Shown: one piece after another, positions 28,984-38,300 of the stretch
How positions within the stretch are numbered: position 1 is the stretch's first letter
Layout: each line of letters begins with the position of its first letter
Source of the DNA: Candidatus Magasanikiibacteriota bacterium
Lineage (GTDB): Bacteria; Patescibacteriota; Patescibacteriia; Magasanikbacterales; GWA2-37-8
DNA length: 64,000 nt
Reading direction: 5' to 3'
Assembly: GCA_023246655.1 (NCBI GenBank)
Contig: JAHFHX010000002.1
Coordinates: 31,693 to 95,692, forward strand
Program-made: the position numbers and the translations under genes
The notes under the pieces: model-generated
Seen by the model: only the letters and a program-made list of their open reading frames with translations
Database searches by the model: none
Told to the model about the DNA's origin: nothing

Positions 28984-29104
28984 ATAATTATTCCTCTTTA
29001 AATAGGTAACTAGACTTTCGACCCGGTCAATTATGTAATTATCATCAATACCTCCTAACTTGTCAAGATTACCAACTATAATATAACGCGATACTTTTAA
29101 ACTT

Positions 29105-29731
29105 TTAAATTTTACTCAATATCTTTAAAGGCGTTTTTCCAAAAATTTTTACCTTGTCTCCCACATCTAAAAATTTATACAATTTTTCGGCATTTTTGTA
29201 GGCAATGTTGACGCAACCATGGCTCATGGGACGCTTACCAAATTGGTTATGCCAATAGGCACCATGAAGATAGAACCCGGGCTTAAACTGAAGATTCCAT
29301 TTGGTATTGGGTAAATCATACCCTGGGCCAACATAATGAACGATCGGACGTTTCCTTTGAATGGAAAATTCGCCAATCGGAGTTGGGAGCTTGGAGATGC
29401 CACTTGAGATTGGAATCGTTCCAATTTTTACATTATTTAAAAAATAACTCATTTGTTGAGTCGCTAAATCAACTGCCACATAACGCGGGAGGCTGCGGTC
29501 ACGGTTGGCTTTTAGCGGATTGAAACCATTTTTAACTTCAATGCCGTCCGGATAGCCATCGGTGTCAGTATCGGAATTATGGGGGTCAGTGCCAAGCTGG
29601 GTTTCAATGGTATCGGAGAGACCGTCGTGATCGGAATCAAGTTCTTGAGCATGAGCAAAGAGAGGGCTTATCATCCAAATGGAAACAAATATATAAATAA
29701 TGACCTTTTTAAGCTGCATAATAATTTTCAA
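29105..29731 (-). CDS. Secreted L,D-transpeptidase (YkuD) with Asp-rich calcium-binding-type repeats.
   Basis: Signal peptide, DSDHDGLSDT.../DTDTDGYPDGIE repeats, and the catalytic HGCVNIAYKNAEKL. Confidence 0.8.
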   Translation of the reverse strand: MKIIMQLKKVIIYIFVSIWMISPLFAHAQELDSDHDGLSDTIETQLGTDPHNSDTDTDGYPDGIEVKNGFNPLKANRDRSLPRYVAVDLATQQMSYFLNNVKIGTIPISSGISKLPTPIGEFSIQRKRPIVHYVGPGYDLPNTKWNLQFKPGFYLHGAYWHNQFGKRPMSHGCVNIAYKNAEKLYKFLDVGDKVKIFGKTPLKILSKI

Positions 29732-29732
29732 T

Positions 29733-29800
29733 TTTTAATTTACAATCAAGCACCAATGTTCCAATGATCAATTGAAAATTAAAAATTGTAAATTGAGAAT
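29733..29800. repeat. AT-rich near-perfect inverted repeat (family D).
   Basis: aattttcaatttttaatttacaat ... attgtaaattaaaaattgaaaa orientation pair. The words are shared with 3229-3338. Confidence 0.5.
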
Positions 29801-29801
29801 T

Positions 29802-30788
29802 TCACTGCACTACTATATCACCAATCTGGTCCGTTCGCAAAATATCCGCCCCCGTGCGTTCGAGTCGCTTGAACACGCGGTGTGATGGATGGCCATATTT
29901 ATTTTTACCAACTGAGACGATGGCAGTTTTTGCCCGCACAATACTTAAAAATTCTTCACTGCTCCCCGAATCACTGCCATGGTGACCGACTTTGAGAGTG
30001 TCGGCGTGGAGGGCGGGGCAGGTGCCGACGCGCTCCCGCGCTCCCATTTGCGAGTCCTCCCCCTGCCCCCTCCCCTGCGGTGGAGGGGTGACGTTAGCTC
30101 CCCTCCCCACCGCAGGCCGTAGGTCCTCCGAGGAGGGTGGGAGGGTTAGGGAGAGGTCTGGCGTTGTCGTTCCACAATACTTCTCCATCAACACATCCTC
30201 CAACGGCACCTCCATATCGCCCGTGAATAAAAATCTTTCATTTCCGTGCGTCAGTTTAAAAACAATGGAGTAGTTATTACTATCGGCCGCGGCAACGTCC
30301 AAGTGGAGCGCCGGGTCGGGTGAAATAAATTGGAGTGTATCGCTGGCAATCGTCCAAGTCGTGGGCGACGCCATCGTAATAATCTTAGCCCCCGCTTCCT
30401 CATGCATCATTTTATTCCATTCTTGCCAATACGGATCATATTTTTTCTCGTGCCCATTCACAATAATATTTTTTACATTGTAGCGTTGCAGCACATCAAC
30501 ACACCCACCGTAGTGGTCCAGGTCCGGATGGGTGGCAACCACATAATCAATAGTGCGATTGTAAAATGGCAAATGGCGACCGAGTGCACTGAGCACGATT
30601 TTATTCGGTCCACAGTCTACCAGCATCTTTTGTCCATTTTCAAACTTGATGAGCGCACTATCCCCTTGGCCGATGTTGAGGAAGTCGACTTCGAAGTGGT
30701 GGGGGCGGTGGGAATCAAAATAAACATACAGGAGCATCCCTCCCGCTAATATCAAGCTTAGAATAATAACTACAATAATTTTTTTCAT
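29802..30788 (-). CDS. ComEC-type metallo-beta-lactamase domain protein (detached C-terminal ComEC module) with an in-frame GC-rich insert.
   Basis: FLNIGQGDSALIKF...VATHPDLDHYGG...LKVGHHGSDSGS...VSVGKNKYGHPS. Confidence 0.75.
   Translation of the reverse strand: MKKIIVVIILSLILAGGMLLYVYFDSHRPHHFEVDFLNIGQGDSALIKFENGQKMLVDCGPNKIVLSALGRHLPFYNRTIDYVVATHPDLDHYGGCVDVLQRYNVKNIIVNGHEKKYDPYWQEWNKMMHEEAGAKIITMASPTTWTIASDTLQFISPDPALHLDVAAADSNNYSIVFKLTHGNERFLFTGDMEVPLEDVLMEKYCGTTTPDLSLTLPPSSEDLRPAVGRGANVTPPPQGRGQGEDSQMGARERVGTCPALHADTLKVGHHGSDSGSSEEFLSIVRAKTAIVSVGKNKYGHPSHRVFKRLERTGADILRTDQIGDIVVQ
30040..30160. repeat. Family-C GC-rich hairpin insert.
   Basis: cCTCCCCtgcggtggaGGGGtg ... cCCTCCCCaccgcaggccgtaggtcctccgaggaGGGTGGGAGGG. 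Confidence 0.45.
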
Positions 30789-30863
30789 TGTTATTTTTTT
30801 GTAAAAAAATTATTGACAAACAAAAATCTTTATAGTACTGTCTACGACAGAGGAGGACCCCCC

Positions 30864-31298
30864 ATGAAAAAGCAGGCTCTTTTTTTCGTGGCCCATGATG
30901 ACCACTTAACTCGCTCTCTCATCAACGAGGGTCTCAAGCGCGCCTTCCCCGGGTGCGTTGTTCGCGAATTCAAAAGCGAGCGAGAGCTGCGCGAGCGGCT
31001 CTTTGAGCCGGGCATCACAGGCGTCATAATGGGCGCCTGCCTGCGCTGGTGCTTCCCCAGCGCGAACATGGCGATCCCGCCTGATCTGGCAGAGACGGGC
31101 TACGCCAAGGGAGCTGCTTGGCGCTGCTGGCAGATGCTCCGCGCGAACCCCGCCACGGCGCAAACGCCGTTGCTTGTGTGGGAGTTTTCGACCCTCATGT
31201 TCCGGGCAACCCCACCCGAAGACCGCGCGACGACGTACCTCGACTACAGAGTTGAGTGTCTGCTTGAGGCCATCTCGATCTCGTCCGCCCCGCTCTAA
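30864..31298 (+). CDS. Hypothetical protein in a about 60% GC islet (possible receiver-like fold).
   Basis: GAGGAGGaccccccATG, with a TTGACA at 30814. MKKQALFFVAHDDHLTRSLINEGLK... Confidence 0.35.
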   Translation: MKKQALFFVAHDDHLTRSLINEGLKRAFPGCVVREFKSERELRERLFEPGITGVIMGACLRWCFPSANMAIPPDLAETGYAKGAAWRCWQMLRANPATAQTPLLVWEFSTLMFRATPPEDRATTYLDYRVECLLEAISISSAPL

Positions 31299-31471
31299 AA
31301 ATTCTCTCCGAATACGTGCTCGTGCGAGGCGTATTCGACAGATAGACACGCAAGCAAGCAACCCCACTCGCACCAATGCAAAAACAGCTTTTTATAAGGC
31401 TGTTTTTGTTTTAAACAATTAAAAAAATGAAAAGATAAAAATTACAATTCAAAATTTTATATTTTGCTCTT

Positions 31472-32083
31472 TTATTTTTTAACTACAAGTATCTGATTCA
31501 CCTGCACCTCATTCTCTTTTACAAAAATCTCTTCTTCAATTCCAAACGCCAACGACTCTAAAACTTCCCGAATACGCTCTGGCCGATGATAAAATGATTC
31601 AATAATAATTTCTCCATCTTTTGTTTTGACGAGCGGCGGGGTTTTTTGATTAATATTGGTGACGACGAATAATCCCCCATCTTTGAGCACACGGTAGACT
31701 TCATCAAAAAATTTTGTTGTATCTTTCAAGTGGACGACGAGAAACGCGGCGGCTACGATATCGAACGTTTCTTTTTCAAACGGCAAGTTTTCGGCGTCGC
31801 CAATAACTGTTTCGATCCTAATCTCAGTCTTAATCTTAATTTTCTTCAACATCTCTTCAGATATATCCAACGCCGTAACTTTCGCCCCACGTTTCGCCAA
31901 CGCCAAACTCAACCGTCCCGTCCCGGCACCAATATCCAATATCTTAATATCTCTAATATCTCCGAGTAACGGCAATAATCTCCCCTGCTCAAAACTATTT
32001 AAATATTTTTCTTTTTCGTCGTAAAACTCCGCGGCGAGGTTGTAGCCGGCTTCGGAGTTTAGGATTTTTATTTTCTTTTTCAT
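31472..32083 (-). CDS. Class I SAM-dependent methyltransferase.
   Basis: ILDIGAGTGRLSLALAKRGAKVTALDISEEML. The annotated upstream MLRRFTPRNDN comes from the adjacent repeat half, so the start is taken at MKKKIKIL. Confidence 0.8.
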   Translation of the reverse strand: MKKKIKILNSEAGYNLAAEFYDEKEKYLNSFEQGRLLPLLGDIRDIKILDIGAGTGRLSLALAKRGAKVTALDISEEMLKKIKIKTEIRIETVIGDAENLPFEKETFDIVAAAFLVVHLKDTTKFFDEVYRVLKDGGLFVVTNINQKTPPLVKTKDGEIIIESFYHRPERIREVLESLAFGIEEEIFVKENEVQVNQILVVKK

Positions 32084-32086
32084 ATT

Positions 32087-32514
32087 GTCATTGCGAGGAG
32101 TGAAACGACGAAGCAATCTCCCCTCTCTGGTTCAGCTAACTAAATTGCGATTTCGTTATACAAATCTTTCCATTCGGGATTTGATTGATTAACAAGTTCT
32201 AATTTTTGCTTTCTCGAGCCGCCTTTCAATTGTTTTTCTCGCACGATGGCGTCTCTGATATCAGAATATTCCTCAAGATACACTAGTTTATTAATTTTAT
32301 ACTTCTTTGTAAAACTTGTTTGTGTACCGGCTCCATCTTTATGTTCTCTTACACGCCGAGCCAAATTGTTAGTGACACCAATATAAAGGGCATTGTTATA
32401 TTGATTGCTAAGAATATAAACGTGGTATTTGTATTCCTTGCTCATACGCGATCGTTTGTTTTTCCGCAGAGGGGGGATTGCTTCGTCGTCGCTTTGCTCC
32501 TCCTCGCAATGACA
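32087..32514. mobile_element. Composite element: family-A left arm (32087-32130) + GIY-YIG gene + family-A right arm (32472-32514).
   Basis: The two arms are reverse-complementary (tgaaacgacgaagcaatctcccc versus gggggattgcttcgtcgtcgcttt). The gene occupies the position of the short loop seen in about 100-bp copies. Confidence 0.4.
32143..32445 (-). CDS. GIY-YIG (URI-domain, YhbQ-like) nuclease.
   Basis: MSKEYKYHVYILSNQYNNALYIGVTNNLARRVREHKDG... (101 aa). Confidence 0.75.
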
Positions 32515-34358
32515 ATGATGAACCCCACATACATCCCCGCCATCCCCCACCACGGCACTTGGAATTGCACCGCTGACCACGGTTGGTTTCCAAACCATTC
32601 TACCACCATTATAACATATCGCAATCCAAAATAAGCGATCCAGGCGACGAGCTGGCCGAGCGGAAAAAAAATGAATCCAAAAATGATGGCGGTGAACCCG
32701 ATGAGCATGAGCCACGGTACCGTCCATAATATGAGAACGTTGACGAGTGGGGCGACGATGGAGAGGCGGCCGAATTGGTAGAGGATGATGGGGAGGGTGG
32801 CGAGGATGGCAGAGAGGGTTTGGAGGAGTGGTTCGCGGATGAAGTTCCATGCCGAATGAAACGCTTGTCCCACGTTGTCATTGCGAGGAGCGAACGAAGT
32901 GAGCGACGCGGCAATCTCCCCTTGGTGGTCATGATGGGGGGATTGCTTCGTCGTTTCACTCCTCGCAATGACAGATTCGAGCACCGGCGAAATATAAACG
33001 AGCCCCAGTGTCGCCAAAAATGATAATTGGAACCCCGCGTCCCACACCAGCACATACGGATTCGCGATGGTCATTACTGCGGCAGTAAAAACCAGCACGT
33101 TGCCAATGCGCGAGAGCCTGCCAAGCTGCTGCGCTGTGAGAACAAGAAAACCCATAATTCCCGCACGCACCACTGAACCAGTAGCGCCCGTAAAAATAAT
33201 GAATAAGATAATAAACCCAACCACCGCCCAATACGCGTGCTGACGCCAGAGGCCCAGACGGATGAGCATGAACATGAGCGCTGTTACGATGATGGTGATG
33301 TTAAAACCGGAGACAGCGATGATGTGCGAGACGCCGGTTTTATTAAAGTCGTCGATAATTTCTTTGGGTAAACCACTTTTGCTTCCATATAATAATCCTT
33401 GCATTAAACTACTTTCCGGTTCACTCCAGAGATTTTCGATTTTAGATTGTATGTGAGATTTGAGGAGGAAGATTTTTTTTATAACCCACACCTTAGGCGC
33501 CAAACTGTCATTGCGAGGAGGGAGCCTCGCGGCGACCGACGTGGCAATCTCCCCGTTTTGCTCTTGTCGGAGGGATTGCCGCGCTCGTTCCTCGCTCGCA
33601 ATGACAATTGACTTAGGAAAACTACACACCGCCCAAATCCCCTCTTTCGCCAAATATTTATCATACCTAAAACTACTCCCATCCAAATTCTCCGGCGCAC
33701 GCAGTTGGCAGTCAAATTTGATCTGGTCGCCGTAATTAAATGTAGGATATAACCGCGAGATGACGAGAACTTTCCCACTCACATCTTTAGCCAACTGCCC
33801 TTCTTTGATATTGGAAATTGAAACAACATATTTTGCATTCGTCATACTGGTGTCTGGTTCGGCCGTTATGACACCGGCCGCTTGGACATGTTTACCAACA
33901 TAATATTCAATTCGGTCTGGTGTGATGTTGGGAATGGTGATGACAAATCGCCAGACGCCGAGGAGAAGGGATAAGGAACAAAGAACAAGAAAACGGATCT
34001 TTGGTTTGTGCCAAAATAAAATAGCTGATGATATAAGGATAAAAAATGATATGTAGAGATAAAGAGATATTGATACAGCGAACGAAACCCCTCTCTCTGT
34101 CTCTCCCCTTATAGGGGAGAGTAGCGCTGTTGATTGGCTCCCTCCCCCTATAAGGGGGAGGACGGAGGAGGGGGTTTTCGCCACCCAATCACCCAGCGAC
34201 GCCACACCCGCCCCCGCCATAAAACAAAAACAAAACGCGAGGAACGTTTTGCTTTTTGAGTTTACCACGCGAGACATAAGGTCTTTTACGTGGGTGATAA
34301 TTTTTTGCAGACCCTCCCCTAGCATAATTTTACACTTCGATACTTTTTCCCTCCTCAA
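32442..34358 (-). CDS. comEC: Competence protein ComEC/Rec2 membrane channel (no MBL domain) with several in-frame repeat inserts.
   Basis: DUF4131-like N-terminus. Competence domain GVSHIIAVSGFNITIIVTALMF... Inserts are ASEERARQSLRQEQNGEIATSVAARLPPRNDS, ARSETTKQSPHHDHQGEIAASLTSFAPRNDN and a GC-rich one. The C-terminal tail is repeat-derived. Confidence 0.8.
   Translation of the reverse strand: MRREKVSKCKIMLGEGLQKIITHVKDLMSRVVNSKSKTFLAFCFCFMAGAGVASLGDWVAKTPSSVLPLIGGGSQSTALLSPIRGETERGVSFAVSISLYLYISFFILISSAILFWHKPKIRFLVLCSLSLLLGVWRFVITIPNITPDRIEYYVGKHVQAAGVITAEPDTSMTNAKYVVSISNIKEGQLAKDVSGKVLVISRLYPTFNYGDQIKFDCQLRAPENLDGSSFRYDKYLAKEGIWAVCSFPKSIVIASEERARQSLRQEQNGEIATSVAARLPPRNDSLAPKVWVIKKIFLLKSHIQSKIENLWSEPESSLMQGLLYGSKSGLPKEIIDDFNKTGVSHIIAVSGFNITIIVTALMFMLIRLGLWRQHAYWAVVGFIILFIIFTGATGSVVRAGIMGFLVLTAQQLGRLSRIGNVLVFTAAVMTIANPYVLVWDAGFQLSFLATLGLVYISPVLESVIARSETTKQSPHHDHQGEIAASLTSFAPRNDNVGQAFHSAWNFIREPLLQTLSAILATLPIILYQFGRLSIVAPLVNVLILWTVPWLMLIGFTAIIFGFIFFPLGQLVAWIAYFGLRYVIMVVEWFGNQPWSAVQFQVPWWGMAGMYVGFIIVIARRSKATTKQSPLCGKTNDRV
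32876..32974. repeat. Family-A element, in frame in comEC.
   Basis: gtcattgcgaggagcgaacgaagtgagcgacgcggcaatctcccc ttggtggtcatgatg gggggattgcttcgtcgtttcactcctcgcaatgaca. Confidence 0.75.
33506..33606. repeat. Family-A element, in frame in comEC.
   Basis: gtcattgcgaggagggagcctcgcgg...ggcaatctcccc...ggagggattgcc...ctcgctcgcaatgaca. Confidence 0.75.
34070..34200. repeat. Family-C GC-rich double-hairpin insert in comEC.
   Basis: CTCTCCCCttataGGGGAGAG ... CTCCCCCtataaGGGGGAG. Confidence 0.45.
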
Positions 34359-34968
34359 TAACCAGCCACTTAATTTCCGGATTCAAAAGTTTTTCTGGCA
34401 TTAAATAAAATGGACCAGTAATTTTGAGGAAAGCATCGTGCACGGGGAAACAAATTTTTGGCTTAATAGCGTTAGCATAATCAATTGTCTGCGCTACACG
34501 CATCCAAGGTGCGACTGCGGGGTAGGCCAGCACTTCACACTCCACAACGTTGTCGAGCGAGTCCCCACCGTAGAAAAACTTTTTGGCAATGCGATAGCCA
34601 GTGTTGTGAACGCGCGGGAAGGTAGGATAAATTTCAGCGTGCATTTGGCCAAAGCCTTCGATGAGGACGCCGTTGACCGTGATGCTTTGGCTGTCACCGA
34701 GCACGTCGAATACTACATTTGCTTCCACGAGTTTTTGCCCAACGCCAGGGTTGGTAAAAATGTGAGTTTTGGGATTTTTAGCAAGAATAGCTTGGAGAGA
34801 ATCAAGATCACAATGATCCTGATGTTCGTGCGTGATCAGGATTGCATCGAGATTTTCGACGTTATTCTGCAGAGTCGAATATTTGCCCGGATCGAGAAGG
34901 ATGCGAGCACTTCCCTCTTCGATGAGTAAACACGAGTGCCCAAACTTAGTGATACGCATATTATTCAA
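34330..34968 (-). CDS. MBL-fold metallo-hydrolase.
   Basis: ILITHEHQDHCD and downstream His/Asp ligands. Confidence 0.8.
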   Translation of the reverse strand: MNNMRITKFGHSCLLIEEGSARILLDPGKYSTLQNNVENLDAILITHEHQDHCDLDSLQAILAKNPKTHIFTNPGVGQKLVEANVVFDVLGDSQSITVNGVLIEGFGQMHAEIYPTFPRVHNTGYRIAKKFFYGGDSLDNVVECEVLAYPAVAPWMRVAQTIDYANAIKPKICFPVHDAFLKITGPFYLMPEKLLNPEIKWLVIEEGKSIEV

Positions 34969-35383
34969 TTTTTATATTTGGATTCCGACTGAATAAATCT
35001 GTCAACGCACCTTCTTTATTTTCTATTTTCTGTAACTCATCGAGCGTAACCCATCTAGAATCATCTGCTTCGTCTGGATCTAAAACTACGTCATCCTGCG
35101 TCTTCACATGAAAAAACATAAGCAAGCGAGAGGTCTGATAATTTTCTTTAAAGTGGAATTGTTGATCCTGACCCCAGCCAATAAACTTAGGATTATCAAA
35201 CTGTACCCCGGTTTCTTCCTTCATCTCTCGCAATAATGTATCTTCAATTTTTTCTCCATGTTCAGCGCGCCCACCAGGAACACGCCACACTTTAAAACGT
35301 GGGCACAGAACAATTAAAAACTTTCCTTCTTTTTCTATAAAGGCACTGCACACTACTTGATGGCCTCGAATTGGATGATCCAT
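34961..35383 (-). CDS. NUDIX hydrolase.
   Basis: Nudix box GRAEHGEKIEDTLLREMKEETGV. Confidence 0.85.
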   Translation of the reverse strand: MDHPIRGHQVVCSAFIEKEGKFLIVLCPRFKVWRVPGGRAEHGEKIEDTLLREMKEETGVQFDNPKFIGWGQDQQFHFKENYQTSRLLMFFHVKTQDDVVLDPDEADDSRWVTLDELQKIENKEGALTDLFSRNPNIKIE

Positions 35384-35384
35384 A

Positions 35385-38300
35385 CTACACTACTATACTT
35401 ATTAATTTCCCCCTCACATAAATCACCTTCTTCGGCTCTTTACCATCCAGCCACTTCTGAATTTTTTCGCTCGCGAGCGCTTGGTTTTTAATTTCGTCTT
35501 CGGATATATCAGCTGGCACCTCAAGCTGCTCACGCACTTTGCCATTTACTTGAACAACAATGGTGATCATGGACTCTTTGGCGAGCTCGGGATCAAACTT
35601 TGGCCAAGGGGAATACGCTAATATCTCTTTATCTCCATATAACTCCCATAATTCCTCCGCAATATGTGGGGCAAAAGGTGAGAGAAGTTGAATTAATATT
35701 TGATATTGGATATTAGATATTTTTTCTTCTTTCATCATTTCATTCGTGAGTTCCATCAGCTTCGCAATGGCAGTATTAAAATGCATTGCTTCGATATCAT
35801 CGGAGACTTTTTTGATGGTTTGATGAAGAAGGGTCGTTATCTTGTCATTGCGAGGAGCCGAAGGCGACGCGGCAATCTCCCCTTTTGACTCTTGTCGGGG
35901 GGATTGCTTCGCTCGTTCCTCGCTCGCAATGACACGTTCTTGAAGTGACCATACCCGATCCAAAAATCTCCGCACGCCAACCAACCCATTCGTATCCCAC
36001 TTCACCGCCTGATCAAACGGCCCCATGAAACCAATATACGCGCGAAAAGCATCCGTACCAAATTGTTCAATCATTTCATCGGGGTTGATAACATTCCCGC
36101 GGCTCTTACTCATTTTCTCACCATCCGGACCCAAAATCATGCCATGACTGGTACGTTTTTTATATGGCTCGCGCGTAGGCACTACGCCAATGTCGTATAA
36201 AAATTGATTCCAGAAACGGGAATACAATAAGTGAAGCACCGTGTGTTCCATGCCGCCGTTATACCAATCAACACCACCCCCGCGTTTGTCATCCCGAGCG
36301 AGGCTCGCGCCGACGAGGGATCTCTGTCCGTCGGTTGGTGAGTGAGCCAGAGATTCCTCCTTCGTCGTCGGAGTGACAGGATTACCATCCATCCAGTACC
36401 GCAGCTTCTCCATTGATGCAAATTCTTTATCGTTATTCGGATCCGCGTATCTTAAGAAATACCAAGAAGAACCGGCCCAATTCGGCATAGTATCAGTTTC
36501 CCGTTTCGCTGGTCCGCCACAACGTGGGCAGGTGGTGTTCACCCAATCACTCATCGCCGAGAGCGGACTTTCGCCCGTGTCGGTTGGTTCGTATTTTTCT
36601 ACTTTGGGGAGTTTGAGTGGGAGTTCGGACTCGGGAAGCGGGATCCAGCCGGTTTGTTCTAATGCTTTGAGAATTTCTGGTTCCTGGCCATCATTGGTAA
36701 AATGTTGGGCAACTGGTTCCACGAATTGAGCTGAAGCGTGCATTGCTTTCATCATTTCTCGTGCCTGATTTTCTGGAATTACTGGAAAATTTTTATCAAC
36801 TACAAGCACAATTTCTTTCGCGTTTTTTTTAATTTTCTCAAAATTAAATTGCCAATTGAAACTTTGCTCAACTTCCGGTCGTGCGCGATCAGCAAATTCG
36901 GGACGAATAAAACAATCAACCAAAACAAGTTTCGCGATTGTTTTTTTTAAATGTTCTACCAAATTCATGGCTACAGCTCCACCAAGGCTCGTGGCAACAA
37001 TAACAGTGTTTTCGTTTATTTCTGTTTTTTCCAATACCGATTTTACTTGTTCCTCAATATTTGGCTGCATCGGGTTTGGGAGGTCTGGTGCAAATACCGT
37101 ATGACCTTGTTTTTCTAGTTCTTCTTTAAGCCGCGGGAAAAATATTCCTTGAGAGCTGCCTTTGAATCCATGAAGTAAAATATAGTTATATTTTTTCTTT
37201 CTGCAATTCTCACATTTTACGAGGGGAATCGGTTCGCCCCAGTAGCGCTGACGAGAGAAAACCCAATCGCGGAGTTTGAAATTAATCTGCCGACGAGCCA
37301 TTCCTTTTTGCTCTAACCAAGGTAAAATCTTTTCGCGCGCTTCCGCAGAAGTTAAACCATCAAACTGACCGGAGTTAACCAGAGTGCCTTCACTGGGGAA
37401 GCACTCTTCTAACTTTTGCACGCGCTCCCACAGCGCATCGTCGGCTGGTCGGATAGAAACTTTGAGCGGCAGGCTATATTTTTTAGCCATAGCAAAATCG
37501 CGCTCGTCGTGGGCATCGGCAAATACCGCGCCAGTGCCGTACTGAGCTAACACAAAATCGGCAATCCAAATAGGCATTTTGTCGCCGGTTGCTGGGTTCA
37601 GTGCATACGATCCGGTGAAGACCCCCGACTTGTCCTTTTCTTCAGCAGTACGTTCGATGTCAGTTTTTTGCGCAGTCTCCTGAACATATTTTTCAACCGC
37701 TTTTTTCTGTTCGGGAGTAGCTAATTGTTTTACGAGCGGGTGTTCAGGTGCAATGACTAAGAATGTACCCGAAAAAATGGTGTCGAGTCGGGTGGTGAAG
37801 ACTTCGATTGGTTGAGACAGGGATTCCTCGTCGGCGCGAGCCTCGCTCGGAATGACAGTAAAACGGACGACAGCCCCTTCCGAGCGCCCAATCCAATTTT
37901 CCTGTTGCACGCGCGCGGGAGTAATATAGTTAACTTCTTTGAGACCGTCGAGGAGTTTATCGGCATATTTGGTAATGGCAAGCATCCACTGCTCTTTATC
38001 TCGTTTTTCCACGGGCGTGCCACAACGTTCACAACAGCCGTCCACCACCTCTTCATTAGCGAGGCCAGTCTTATCTTTCGGACACCAATTAACAGGCTGA
38101 TTTTTTTTGTAAGCTAACCCGTGTTTATATAATTGTAAAAAAATCCACTGCGTCCATTTGTAATATGTGGGATCGGTGGTATCAACAGCGCGCGACCAAT
38201 CAAAACTATAGCCCAACGCTTTAAGCTGGCGGGTGAAATTGGCAATATTCTCGGCCGTAACTTCCGCGGGTGGGCGACCGGTTTTAATCGCAAAATTTTC

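Noticed and set aside
32408-33231. Small ORFs (32408-32593, 32609-33055, 32775-33023, 32956-33231) over repeat copies in comEC.
   Set aside because: They are produced by the palindromic elements, which read open on both strands. They overlap the well-supported comEC frame.
36675-37196. Intein in leuS.
   Set aside because: The insert lacks intein block motifs (no C/S-terminal HN+C/S/T, no homing-endonuclease motifs). It matches an alpha/beta-hydrolase pattern instead.
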